Assembly: GCF_009914755.1 (NCBI RefSeq)
Contig: NC_060934.1
Source: the human T2T-CHM13v2.0 reference genome, Homo sapiens
Strand: one strand, 5' to 3'
Length of the DNA: 64,000 nucleotides
The translations under genes were made by a program, and so were the position numbers. This document shows, one piece after another, positions 24,571 through 38,090 of this stretch. How positions within the stretch are numbered: the first letter of the stretch is position 1; every line of letters begins with the position of its first letter. A model generated the notes under the pieces. The model worked only from the letters and a program-made list of their open reading frames with translations. It had not been told where the DNA came from and did no database searches.

Positions 24571-27500
24571 AAGACAGAGAGAGAGAGATGTTTCAAGAAT
24601 TTGAATAATTTTTTTTTATAGTCTCTAGGGTTACTTTACCACTCAGCTAAGATGATCACTGGCACATTCTTCACTTCTTCTAGTGAGGAAGAATAGCGAT
24701 ATCTCAATTTCCTTTAGAAAATGAACTAATGGTGGGGCCAGTGGGAATTTCCCTACTTTGATTATAATCACAGTTCTGGTGTGGGTGGCTACAAGTGAAG
24801 ACTTCTGCCCATGTGGTATGTGTGTGTGTCTGTGTGTGCACCGAGTAAAATAACCACCTGAAGCATGATCCAAGGAACATGTATAAATCCTTTACATGAA
24901 AGAATTATTTGACTTCAGTGCCAAAGGAGTAACTTGATGATTAGTCTGATGAATAAGTGTGATCACACCTGAAATTCTTGGAGTAAGGATATTGATGAGG
25001 AGAAATTAGAGTTAATGGATAAGGTTTGAGAGGTCCATTGGTAGGACCCATATAAAAAAGCCAGTAACTCTTGGGCAAGACAGGTCAACTTAGTGGCTAA
25101 GAAATAGGCCCTCTGCACTTGTAGCTGGCAGTTCATTAAACTTGTGAGAGTAGGAGGATCTCTAGAAAAAAGTCAAACTAATATCCTTTCTGACCCAGTC
25201 CCTAAAGGATCCAAGGCTAGTCAACCTTTAGGGCTAGCATGAGGAGTAGACTGACCTGAGGAACAGGGAAAAGCCCCCTTTTAACGTACCCTCAAATGTC
25301 TCCCTGAAGACTGGCTGAAGGGATAAAAATTATTTGGATGAGATAAGCATTGATTATTTTATCAAAGTTAAAAGACTTGATAATGACAGATATGTCTAGG
25401 AGATATGACTAAGAAGTATGAATTGTCACAGAAGTTTAAGCAGAGATGGCAGATCCTTGCTTGTCTGGGAAGAGAACGTTGGACTCGGTATCTGGCAATG
25501 GAGCAGGGGGTGCCGGTGAAGATCAGTGGGACCTGGGCATGAAGTCTGGAACTGCCAAGTCTGATAACATCACAATTTTCCTGTTGTGGACTCTGTTTCC
25601 ATCATTGTCATGTGGTAATCAAGCAGTACATGTTATCTATTTCAAATTCTGTTCAACTCTACAGAAACTATGCTCAGTAGTTAAATTTTGCATGGCCAAA
25701 TAAACTGCATTCTCTGTGGAAGAGTCCTGTAGGTATGGGGTGGTGAAGGCAGAGGCCCTACTGGGAACTAGGGATGTGAAGGGGTTCACACAATGAACAA
25801 ATTGCAGCTGATGCTCTACTCTAGAAAATAGGTGCCTTTTCTTAATGTTAGTGCTGATACTAAAGGATAAACATAAGATACCCCATTGCTGAGAAATGTC
25901 CCAAATTGAACTCCTGAGATTTGGCATCTGCACGTAATTACTTAGGGCACATAATTCTTTTATGGGTGCTCACTTAGTAAAGCATTTACATTTACATTCA
26001 CAGCTCATTAGGTTGCTTGTGAATTTGATTTGAACATTTTAAGTGGGATTGTTTTTAATCTGTGGAGGCACCATAAACCCACAGTCACGCTCAACTGCTG
26101 CAGACTGTTAGAAGGAAAAACATAACTAGTTTGTTTTGCTTCCTGGGAGGAGTTTTATAAGGTGAGGGTGGACCCGAACATAGATAATATAAGGGGAATG
26201 TTTTTCCTTTTATCTTTGTAAGCCCAAGGCTTATGGAGCTATTGTGATCAAAAGTAAAGTTACTTGAAACTCTGATGGAGAAAGAACAAAATTAAATGTG
26301 ACTTTTGAATTGTTATAAAAAATCATAAAATAGCAGATCTTTCAACCAGATGTTTAATTTTAAAATAGTAAACACTGCAGACTTTCTAGAGACTGTCAAT
26401 GGTTTGAAAAACCAATTCAGTCTCTTCCCTTGGGCTCTTGCACCGCTTGGTAATGAGCACTGTTGGTCTTTAGCAAGGCAGTCGCTACGAGCAGTACATT
26501 CGGAAGTGTACCATCTAATGAATTTTTTTTTTGTAGGAAAACAGAATACATTTGCAATTTACTCATGGTGTCAGGTGTTCTTTAGCTGTGCACTTTGGGG
26601 TTTGAGTTAAGTGCCTGCAGTTTTCCTTTTTCATGGGAAAACTACAAAATAAAAGATTTCCTGTTGTTCCATGTTTGATGAAGGCAGCTCTTCTCTGAGT
26701 GTCTGCAGGTACATTTGATTTCAAATTCAAGTGTAATCTTAAGGAGACTTTCCCTGCCTTGATACTTTAGTGTGGGTCTTGGTACTATGGCCTGTACATG
26801 GAACAGATGTAAATTGTGCTCTGATTTTCAACATATGGTAGAAAAGACCAGTTAATCCCATGCAATTTTGGAAATTATTTGTTAGATTTGATTAGTGCCT
26901 GTGTGGATAATCAGATGGGGTTGTGGGGGTGGAGTATGGAGACAAATGCTCTCCAGAGCTTCTTATCTCAAAACTGTACTTTTCCAACAATTTTAACTAA
27001 GGTAACTTACTGATATCATGATCATTAAGAAAGTGACAAAAAGGCATTGGAAAAAGCAGTGTTAACACAAAGGTCCGCCTGCTTTTTACTGGACTGAAAC
27101 ATCAGAGGTCAGACCATGCAACTTGGAGAGAAGAAGTAAAACATGAAGTGCCTTTTGCTGTCCTCTTTCCCCACCAGCCCTAGTGCAGGCCCCAGCCTCC
27201 GTCCAGGCCTGCCCTATGGAGAGTCCTCAGCTGTGTTGCTCTCACGCTCCCCCTCTCATTTTGCCGGTCATTCCTTTGCCTCCTGTGTCTCCACGTAATC
27301 CTCTGATAATTCTGTTTTTTAGCCTTTCCACCTTGGGAACTCTCTCAGGCAGCCCTTGTGATTTCCTCCCTGTGGGAGTAGCTACTGTCCAGCCATCCTG
27401 TGGAAGACTAGAGGTGTCCACAGGCTTTGGAACTTCCAAGAACGCTATCAAGAGATCACAGCTGAGATGTGTCCCCATTTATTGCAGGTCATTTTTCCCC

Positions 27501-27679
27501 CTACAAATGCAGCTACTTCAATACGGGATTTTTAATGTTAGAGACCTCCAAGTTTCTGGAAACATTAAAGTTACAATTCCTATTTCAGTTAGACTCTAAA
27601 TTGTAGAAATTAACCATCTTCTAAGGGACATGTGGAAGGAACGCGTGAGTTTAGCTGCAGCTAATGGTGGACTTCACAC

Positions 27680-27910
27680 CATACACTGCGCTACTCTACG
27701 GGGTGCATTCCCAAGACTCACTGTTTATTTCTCTTTTTTGTTGAAACATGAGTCTCACCATATTGCCCAGGCTGGTCTCAAACTCCTGGCCTCAAGTGAT
27801 CCTCTTGTCTTGGCCTCCCAAAGTGCTGGGATTACAGGCATGAGCTGCTGTGTCTGGACAAAACTCAGTTGTTAATGGTGCCCCTTGGAGCTGTATTATG
27901 TGGCAGTCCT
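27680..27910. mobile_element. MER91-like hAT-Tip100 MITE split by FLAM
   Basis: CACTGCGCTACTCTACGGGGTGCATTC / AATGGTGCCCCTTGGAGCTGT are degenerate inverted arms flanking the FLAM. Confidence 0.55.
27734..27859 (-). mobile_element. FLAM_C / Alu left monomer
   Basis: GTCTCACCATATTGCCCAGGCTGGTCTCAAACTCCTGGCCTCAAGTGATCCTC...; degenerate TSD ACTCACTGTT/ACTCAGTTGTT. Confidence 0.9.
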
Positions 27911-28149
27911 AGGAGTCTTGGCAGGTGAATTTGCTAAATGTCTCATTTAATAAATGCTGAGCATTTTGAGGGCAGGCCCCATATTTCTCATAAGGTTTAG
28001 CATAATACCTTGCATAAAGCATATGTTTATTAACTGTTGATTGAAAGAATGAATTTGGATCTGTTTCAGGCAGGAAAAGTACAATAAAGAAAAGAATACA
28101 TAAAGGCAAAGGAGGATGGCAATTGTGCTTTGTTTTTTTCCTACACAGC

Positions 28150-28320
28150 ATTTGGAACCAGAAGACCTAGATTCAAACCACAGCTCTAATATTTACTAGT
28201 TGTGTGCCCTCTTTGAGCCTGAATTTCCTTAATTGTCAAATAAATATAATAACAACTGAGCTTCTTCCCTCAGAGGGTGGTTGTGAGACTCAAATGACAT
28301 AATAATTGTGTAATAATTGC
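28150..28320 (+). mobile_element. MIR
   Basis: TTTGGAACCAGAAGACCTAGATTCAAA...GGTTGTGAGACTCAAATGA. Confidence 0.75.
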
Positions 28321-28334
28321 CTTAGGAGGGTACT

Positions 28335-28812
28335 TTTCCAGCTCAAAATGACCCCCTTGACTGTTGGCCCTAGCTCCCCATTCTAGGAATGAGTCTCTGA
28401 GTCAATTTGTATAATGTGACCCAACACCTACTTGAAAATAAGGGATTGGATCAGTGTTGAGTGCTTGACCCAAGCTGGACCACACAGTATCCCTGACCTG
28501 CAAATTTGGAAATGCACCTGACACAGTCAGTCTCCCTTGTCTGAAATTGTAACCGGGGAACTTATGACTTGAAGACAGCCATCTTCTCCCAGCCACGTTA
28601 ACAACTGAGTAGCAGAAAATATTGGCCTTCTAAAAAATAAGAAACACATATGTAAAAAGAACCAGAAAGTAAAAATGATGAACAACTGTTCTCTGGGTTA
28701 CAGAGACCCTGCTGCATCTTTGCCTTGACACTCTTGTATCCTTACAATAAATTTCCATTTTATGCCTAAGTCAACTCAAGTTGGTTTTTGCTTTTCTGTT
28801 CAATCAAAGCAT
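28335..28812 (+). mobile_element. Old MaLR LTR (MLT1K/L/N-like)
   Basis: GATTGGATCAG...TGACCCAAGCTGGACCA; CAGCCATCTT; AATAAATTTCCATTTTATGCCTAAG...GTTGGTTTT. Confidence 0.55.
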
Positions 28813-30044
28813 TAAAGGATTTTTGTGATGCATTTTCTAATATAATAATTTTCCCCCATAGATATAAGTACAGCCTGAGAGCACTTCTGCTTCACAGGAG
28901 AAGATCTCTGTCTTTTAAAATTAATAAGAAATAATGGTCCTTTTCTGACAGTTTTGATCCAAAGCCTACAATTTCTACCTATGCCACTGTCTTTTAAAAT
29001 TCTCTCTCAAGGTAACCAGCATCCGAAACCCCAGCTGCTGTCTCCATGGTGATCAGGATCCCCCCTGTGGTAAGTACCTTGTGAGGGCCACACAATATCC
29101 ATGGCCGCAGATGTATGTGATATGCTGAATTATTGGCATGGGGAAGTGTCAGGAAGCAAGGCCACTGAGGCTTCTTTTTATGCAATTAATGATGTTCATT
29201 TCTGCCTATCTTTTGCCCATGCAGCAGAGCAAGGTGCAGAAAGCCACTACAGAAAATTAGCCATAATTTAGGTAATATCTCAAATGCCCCGTCAGTTACT
29301 TGATTATGTGATTGAAAGGAACATTTCATTTGGAGATTTGCAATTTTCTGGTGCTACTGGCATTACACAATTACGTTTCCTGTCATTTATCACATTGTGG
29401 AATACCAAGACAAATTCCTCTCTCCTTACATTTATCATACTACTGGGGCATATAGAGACAGATTTAGCCAATTGCTTTATACCAATTGATGCCCCCCGTT
29501 AGCTGGGGACATTCAGCAGCTTTTCTGTTTGAAGATCTCTTGAACATATTCTGCACTGAGAGGATTGTTTCCCCAATTACTTCGAAATTGAGATTTTCCC
29601 CTTAACCACAGCATTGCCTTCCAAAAGGAGGAGCTGAGGCCTATCCGCCTTTTGCGGCAGGTGTGCCGTGTGAACAGAGAATGACAATGTTGCAAAGGGA
29701 CTTCCTTCTCCTTGGGAATCTGGGAGCAACAGTGCCAAAATGGGGCATTCAGGCATAAGGGTAGATGAGAGCTTTCAAAATGTTTGAGTCCTGACTTGCC
29801 ATGGTCAGATTTAAAGCTGTGAAAAAACAGCATTTAAACAAAAGTAACTTAAATATTTAATTTAGAAAGCAGGTAAAGAGCTTGTGGGGCCTTACACACG
29901 TGAAATTCTCTGCAGGCAGTTAGGTTCCCTTTCACTCATGGACTAACCTAGGTTTTCCTTTCCTCTATAAAGATGGTATTGGAGATAATTCCATCCCTGA
30001 CCCTTGATATAACTGAGGTTTTCAAGTAGTTTGTAAGTAGCTGG

Positions 30045-30370
30045 TTCCTGCATCAGAAGCTTGTGTTTGCCAAGAATATGCACATTCCTGAGCCCCAGCC
30101 TAAGCTTTGGAACCAAAGTACCTGGGGCCTGAGGAATCTGCATTTCAAACAAGTGCTAGGGGTAGTTTTGATAGGCACACTAAACCAGTTGTTTGCATCC
30201 CTGGATGCTCATTAGAATAACTCAGAGAGATTTGGAAGCTTCTAATACTCTGGCTGCACCTCAGACCCATTAAATCAGGGCCCTTGAGACTTAGGTGTCA
30301 GATGCTTTTACAGCTCAAGCTCTCCAGGCGACTGCAGTGTGCAGCCAAGATTGAGCACCCGTCACTGAAC
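30045..30370. mobile_element. Two adjacent MER5-family MITE fragments
   Basis: GGAATCTGCATTTCAAACAAG (MER5A); ATTAAATCAG...CAGTGTGCAGCCAAGATTGAG (MER5B/A1). Confidence 0.7.
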
Positions 30371-30689
30371 TGTGGGAGAATCACTACAAGGAAGCAGAAC
30401 TCCTGGATGTCAGTACTCCCTTAGAAGATTCCAGGATGTGTGCCTTAAGGCCAGTTGGCAATTGCTTCAGAGTCTTCAGTGAAACAGGGGCCAGGGTAAA
30501 TCTTAACTCTCTGAGGACTTGGGGTTGCCTGTTGCTTTAAGGTCTCTTTAATATTAAGATCTCTGTTTCTAATCAAGCCAGGTTCAGGCTTTAACCCCCT
30601 GTGGGACCTAGTTTTCCCTGACCCTGACCAGGCCTCAGGAAGGAGACTCAGAGGGTGCAGGAATCAGTGAACCATCCCCTTTCTTCCCA

Positions 30690-30890
30690 CAGTCGCCCTA
30701 TCACATTATCCGTTTTGGTGTTTAGACATTTATTAGGATCTGAGTTGATCTTATTTGCTTATTTATCTGGGTATTATCTCTCTCCCTTCTATAGCATAAG
30801 CTTGATGAGGGTAGGAGTTGTGTATGCCTTCTGCCCAGAATAGTGCGTGGCACATAGTTGATACTCAACTGATGTTTGTTGAATGAACAC
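30690..30890 (+). mobile_element. L2 3' end
   Basis: AATAGTGCGTGGCACATAGTTGATACTCAACTGATGTTTGTTGAATGAA. Confidence 0.75.
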
Positions 30891-32480
30891 AAATACTGAA
30901 AAAATAATTTAGATTATGGACCTTACAAGTATGAGGTAAGCAGCTAAAGGACACAAGAGTTCTGCCTGGAATTTGATCTGGGCAAGGAAATTAGCTTGGC
31001 TTTTACATAAGTTGATCAATACCATCCTCTTCCTTAGCTGCCACGATTCTCTTCTGCTGTTTCCCATGTAGTCAATAAGATGACTTGAAGATTTACCTTC
31101 AGAAGAGCGCTGCTTATTAATTAAGGCCTGCTACTTGATTCTCTTGGGCCTATCTTGAATCCATTGAGATCTAGGTCATAGGAGTCAGGGCTTGCACTCA
31201 GAGTCAACTTCTCTTCCTCCTGGAACTCAAGATCATGTGTTTGCTCTGGGGTTTTAAGAGTCATGGAGCAAATTTAAGCATGCAGCAGTAAGGGCAGAGA
31301 TCTAATTCTACTTTTGTTTCCAGAAAACAGCTGGGCTCACAAAAGATCAACAACTGTCCAAAAAGTCTCTCTGGCTTAATGCTGAAGGGCCTCAAATGTG
31401 AGCCATGTAAGAACAGCTGATATTTAATTTATAGGACTTGATTGCTTTTAAAACAGGTATTAATGTATTGCAAAGCTAAGTAAACTGTCACTTGAGACTT
31501 CAGTGAACAAGCTCCATTTAAAGAATAGCGGTCATTTTTGCCATAAAGTTGTAGTAAATTGCTTTAGGGAAGAGCTGTAAAATATCCTGTCTTTCTAAGG
31601 ACCTTTGTATTCACAGAGGATGTTGGGAACCTGTGACAGGTGGGGACGAGGAGGAGGCCAGGACATGGTGTACAGGGTCTAGGGGACCCACTGGGCTATA
31701 GAAGTGGCCCCAAAGAAAGAGGCTGCTGGTCAAAATCATAATGTCTAAATCGGTAGCACACCAAGACTGATCTGGGCCCTTGTGAAAATCAGAGGCCTGA
31801 TTTGGGGTTGGGGAGTACTGTGGCATCACTGGTAATATTTGTGGTCTGATGACTGCTGCTCCAATTTCTTGAGCAGATGGGGCTACTCAGGACCAAGTTT
31901 TTGAGAGTTGGAGAAGAAGCCAAGACAATGAGCGTCAGGGCAGGGGTGATGGTAAGGAGAGACTGTAGCTCTGTAACCATGCAACTCTCCTATACCTAGG
32001 GCTGTTTGGGCTTAGGAACGTAGAGGAATTCTACACTACCTCTGCTGGTGAGGCAAGGACACCTCTGTTATTGCCAGGCTGTCTTCTCAGTAGCCTAAGA
32101 GTAAGGGCATTTGAACCTTCTAGCAGCAGGATATCTGTATCTCAAGCAGAGATAAGTCAGGATGGATGACTGCTGCTGTGTGCCATTCTAAGTCTGAGAG
32201 TCCTTTCATGATCACATTGGTGTACCCCTAAGGCCCATGGCACTGGTGCAGAGTCTGAAGATCTAAGATTTTTATGGAGACATCTGGGGGGATGACATTG
32301 GACAAGCAGATGACTTCCCTGAGCCTCAGAATTTTTTTCAATGAAGTTGATCTTGGGTTAGGAGGAAAGTCAGTTCCTACAATATTCAAAATATATGTTA
32401 AATAAAGACAAATTATTATCTTTTTTATTGTTGCCATTGCCTTTAGGTACTTTGCTATGTTAAAATATGATTTAAATGTG

Positions 32481-32779
<299 letters not shown>

Positions 32780-33149
32780 GTGAATGCTTTGCTCAGTGTT
32801 GTACATTTCTGTGCCTCCTCTTTTTATCTCCAGTTAGCCACATTCTATGTTTTCAGGCCTGGGTCAAACCAGAATGCCAAATGAAGATCTCAGGACAAGC
32901 ACGTAATTGTTGATATCTGCTCTTAGGACTTGTCCAGTCTCTGATCAGTCATTTGCCTTTTTATTCATTCAGTAAACTTGTTTGAAACTCTTACTATGTC
33001 TCAATTACTGTGCTAGACATTGGACATGTAGAGATGAAAGACAGTGCTTACCATCAAACAGCTTGCAAGATTGTATGCAGTATGTTGGGGGGAGTTGGGA
33101 GAGTTTAAAAAATTATTCTTTTAGATATTTGTTTGGAATTGATTCTACA

Positions 33150-33370
33150 GAATAATAGCAAGTCTTATACATTTCCAAGTCTTCTCATATAAATGATCTC
33201 ATTTAATTTTCTCATCACTGAACACATCTAAGAGGAAGATACTAGGAGCTGTATTTACACGTGGTGGAAATGAAGGCTCACAAATATAAAGTGAATTGCT
33301 CAAGGTTACATAGTTAGTGAGTGGTAGGGTGAGGAATCACACTCTGGACTCCTAATTCCAGGTATGATGC
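33150..33370 (-). mobile_element. MIR
   Basis: ATGATCTCATTTAAT...GTGAATTGCTCAAGGTTACATAGTTAGTGAGTGG. Confidence 0.75.
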
Positions 33371-33419
33371 ACTTGTAGCACATGGTGGCAGCCCCAGGGC
33401 TCAGCTGTCAAATGCAACC

Positions 33420-33423
<4 letters not shown>

Positions 33424-33474
<51 letters not shown>
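33424..33474. repeat. (CA)~25 perfect microsatellite
   Basis: Uninterrupted AC dinucleotide run. Confidence 0.98.
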
Positions 33475-33478
<4 letters not shown>

Positions 33479-34199
33479 CTTAAAGTTACTGATGTGAATA
33501 TTTAATGGGTGACCATTACTGAGGGTTGAGTGGAGAAGTTGTTAGCAAAACATTCTGCACATTTTGCCAGCCAGCATTCTAAGAGATCCTTTCTGGAGCT
33601 GAGGATAACAGATCTGGGTTTCTATTCCCTGCTGAGAGGGGCATCCAGTGGCAGCAGCTGGGGCTGGTCCAGTGCTCAGTCTGGCTTCCTGGCCAGGGGA
33701 TACGGGAGTCAAGGTCTTCAGCAACAGATCTTAGAACTGTTGCCAGAAGTGAAGTATGAACTTCCTCTCTCTGAAGAATATTGCCTGCCAGGGAGGTAAA
33801 AGTAATTACTTGTCCTTGCTAATTGAATTCTGAACTTTAAAGTAGAGGTTCTGACTTAGGTTAACATGACACGGGCCAATTTAAAATTTTAACTTAAAGG
33901 AAAAAAATGGCAATGAACCTTAGTACTTGGAATGTGGCAGATTGAGTTTCTCAGGGCTGGAGCCAATTTTCACAACTTCTGCAGGTGCTGGCCTCCTGCA
34001 GAAGTCTTCAGCATGCCCTGCTTGTAACCTTGGCTAATGCAAAAGAGTTACCTGACTGAAAAGCAGGAAATTATTTCAGTCAATTTCATTCCATAGGCTT
34101 TTTCTCCCTGAACTTCTCGTGCTTAGTTTAAAGTGGTTTTTATTTTTTTTATTTACTATCTTTGGATACCAATTTTAATAGCTAAAATCCATGGATTGC

Positions 34200-34400
34200 T
34201 TACTATTTGTTGGGGACAGTTCTAAAAAAAGAAGTGTATAGGCACTATTTTCACCATTGAGCAGCTGAGTTATCTGAGGCACAGAGAGGTTAAGTAATTT
34301 GCCCAAAGCCACAGATAGGAAGGTGGCAGGGCCAGGATTTGGACTCACGCAATCTGGCTCTGGAGTGTTCATGTTGAGCCTCTCAGGGTATGCCCAGTTT
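34200..34400 (-). mobile_element. MIR
   Basis: CTGAGGCACAGAGAGGTTAAGTAATTTGCCCAAAGCCACA...TCTGGCTCTGGAG. Confidence 0.85.
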
Positions 34401-35037
34401 GGAGATACCATGTGACCTCTCCTACCAAGGATGTGCAGTTTAAACCAGTTGGCCTGGGCCAGTCTGGACTCCAGTTTTTTGAAAGCTTAATGATGAGAGG
34501 CTGGAAAGTGCCTGGCCTGACTTTGGCAGGTAACCTCCTAGTCTGGGAATCACACGTCCTGCCCAGGATGTCCTTTAAGATATAACCCAGAAATAACCAT
34601 CTTTGGGAAGGAATTGGTATCAGACTTATGTGTGATTGTCTCACAGGTATTTTAATCAACTTACTGTTGCTTTTGTCTCATATGTCTTGGTGGAGGTAGG
34701 AAGGCCCAGGGGAAGATTGGACTTCCTGCTAATTTAGAAACTGGAATTCCAGAATATTTTCTATGATTGATGTAAGGATGATGCTGTTTATTTCCCAAGC
34801 TAACAATAAGTAGACATGCTGGGCACATAAGTCTTTCTCTTATTGGAGTAATTTGGGCGTGGCAGAAGTAGACTGATACAGGTGGCATAGTCACCAAGTT
34901 GGAATTCACTGGCAATTGTAGGAATTGCTGTGACTTAGTTTGCATGAAACCTGCTGTCAGAGGGTTAAGAATCTTGGAGTGAAGAATACTTCTTGCAACA
35001 AGAGAGTTTCTCTGTGAAAATACTCTCTCTCTCTCTC

Positions 35038-35261
<224 letters not shown>

Positions 35262-35759
35262 TAAAAAATGAACCTTGGTTGTAAAGCTCTGAGTGAGTGC
35301 TCGTTGTTGCCAGTTGAGGGAAGCATTTGGGAAAGCAAATAATTAATTTCTTGGGGCTTCTATTTCCTATCTGTAAAATGGTGGTAATAATATCCACCTC
35401 ATGAATTATTGGAGTGTTCAACTGCAGTCTGATCTTCAACTGAAAAACATCTTTCTCCACAATTAGAATATTGCAACATTTTCATCCTAGACGGAAAGAA
35501 GCCTTTGTCATTTGATTTCATTTGCAACATCTCCATGCTCTTAGGTACTGTCTCTTTACCCAGACAATCCAAACTGGTTTAGTTAGACATAAAGATGTCT
35601 CTGAAGGCCATGGGACCATTAATGCAAAGGCTTAATTAAGTGACAAGTTCAATTCCAACATTACTGATTTACTTGCTGTGGGAAAAGTGCCAAACCTAGA
35701 GTCAGTTTAATTGAACTTAAGTGATACCCCGTTTATTCACCACCTACCAAACGGCACTC

Positions 35760-35824
35760 TGTGTGTGTGTATGCATGCACACACACATGCACACACGTGC
35801 ACATGCATGCATAAGTATACATAC
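35760..35824. repeat. Alternating purine-pyrimidine (TG/CA/TGCA) low-complexity tract
   Basis: TGTGTGTGTGTATGCATGCACACACACATGCACACACGTGCACATGCATGCATA. Confidence 0.85.
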
Positions 35825-36619
35825 TGTAAAAATGATACAAATACAGCATATCAATACATACATAGATCAACTGAGAGCATAATTTTCGTGCATGCTTCTA
35901 GAACTTTATACCACTGTTTCCACCTCAAACTGTGGGTGGCAGCAGAGACTTGGGAAGTATCTTCTGTGCAACTCAGATGACTTTCCGGGGCTACTAATGG
36001 CAAGGAAATGATAGCACTAAGTGATGAGAAAGTTGGATCTTCATTTTTGAACTACAATTGACATTCCTTTATCATTTCCCATCTCATTCTTGTGGTCAAA
36101 GATGGTAAAAGATGCCTGTGATCTGGGACCCTCACTGACATGTTGTCTTTTAAACAGGCTTTTCATTATTTTAGGCCGATTACTTTCTCTCTTATTGGAG
36201 ATTGCAGGCACTCCTAAGAAATCCTTTTTTTTGGCTGATGCTGCTGTCTTGCATACATCTGACCAGTGTGGCTTTCGGCTTCCTTTGGACCCCAAAGTGC
36301 TTCCTAAAGCTAATGGTGGACTATTATATTGAACTTGGCCTAACCCTTCAGTCTTTTGTGCACAGGTCTATCCTCCTGACACGGGCAATGGCCAAGGTTG
36401 TCCCAGCTCAGAGGATCAGTGAACTCCTGTGACTTTGTTTCCTCCTGAGAAGGACAGGCACACCAGCCTTTGACTTGGCCTCTAGTTCCTGGCTGAACGT
36501 GAAAGAGGCACACTGGATGTGAAAACCCACTTTCCCTCCTCTAAGTATTCCTCCTTGAGGCACAGGAGAGCAGGGGATGCCTTTGTGGATTCAGAAAAGA
36601 TTGGCAAAAATGAAAAGTG

Positions 36620-38090
36620 GTGCCAACTACTGCTGATGGGGATGGGGGGAAGTATATACTCTCATACACTATGGGAAACATCTAATGATGTCAAAAATTA
36701 TACAGACCCTTAACCCACTCCCAAGATATCATGCCACAAAAGGAAAATAACCAGATACTAAGAATACATGTTAAAAAAAGAAAAAGAAAGCAAACATCAA
36801 TAAATAGGAAAACAGCTTTATAGACTATAGTTAATTCAATCTATGAAGTATCATTCAGGCATTAAAAAAGAATGAGCCGGGCCATATTGTTGTCTTAGAA
36901 GACATTTTGAAAGCTGTTATTAAATGACAATAGTAAGATGTAGAGAAACATGTAATAGTCACCTTTATAAAATAAATAGGCACAAAATCTATACATGTCT
37001 TATATTTAATACTTTCCCTCTATGTTTTAACTCTCTGCAAATCAAATTCATCTTACAAACAATGGTCTTATAATCACTGTCAGCATCAAAATCAAGTTCT
37101 TCTAGAGAGGATTTGTGTTTGCTTCTATGGGTCACCTGCAGAAGGTCTTACTAAACTGAGGCCACTTTAAATTAAATTCTATTGGTGAGGATTTCCTTTT
37201 TTGAGAATCTCTTTGGTTGTGTGAATTCATACCCCAAGTCTGTGTGATGATTAGCTTCTGATCAAATTCTCAGGAGAGAATTTGTTTTCTTCTTTCTCCC
37301 GTTGTCAAGGTAGAGGAACGAAATCTTCCTTGTTGTTCTTTATGAAGAGCTTACTTCCTGTTTAACCTGACTCTGAGATAGAGCTCTTTCCTTTCCTGCC
37401 TTTAAGTTAGGGCTTCTATTAGACTCCTTTGTTTGGATAATTTCTCTTTCTCAGTGGCATATAACAAAATTGTGCATCTTGTAATTAATGATATTTATGT
37501 ATTTGTGTCGTAGGACCATGATGAAAAGTGCAGAGGAGTACATATCTAGTTGTTAACATGAGATACCTGAATAGTGGTGGGGTGAAGGAGATGATAGAAA
37601 AAGGGAGGGACAAAGATTTAAAAAAACAGAAAGACTGAACAGAAGAGAAGAAGGGTTGTATACCACTTCATATATGCTCTGATCCTATTTATGTGAAATT
37701 GTTTCTCTCTGACTGTGTACATTTATAACAGAATTAGAATAAAAGGTAAATAATTTAGTCTGTATTGTAAGATTGCTTATGCTCTATTGTTTGGTGAAAA
37801 AAAGCAAGTCGTATATTAAAAGTATGAGACTATTTAGGGAAAATCCAATGACTAAATTCTTCTCTCTATATACATGCTTGAGTACATTTAGATGAATGAG
37901 TCTAAAGGTATGAAGTGACACATACCAACCTATTAATTCTATGCCATTTGGGACAAGGGGTGAGAGTTAGATGGAGTGGAGGTGGTTGCGGTGGTGCTGG
38001 GAGATGATTAGCTCTTTATAGAACTCTGCATGGTTTCACCTTGTAAACATGTACAGACTGCTTTCATAATTTGAAAAGCCTCACAATGAA
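36620..38090. mobile_element. Patchwork of ancient L1 (L1MC/L1ME) 3' fragments
   Basis: CTATGAAGTATCATTCAGGCATTAAAAAAGAATGAG; TTGTTTGGTGAAAAAAAGCAAG; very diverged. Confidence 0.5.
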
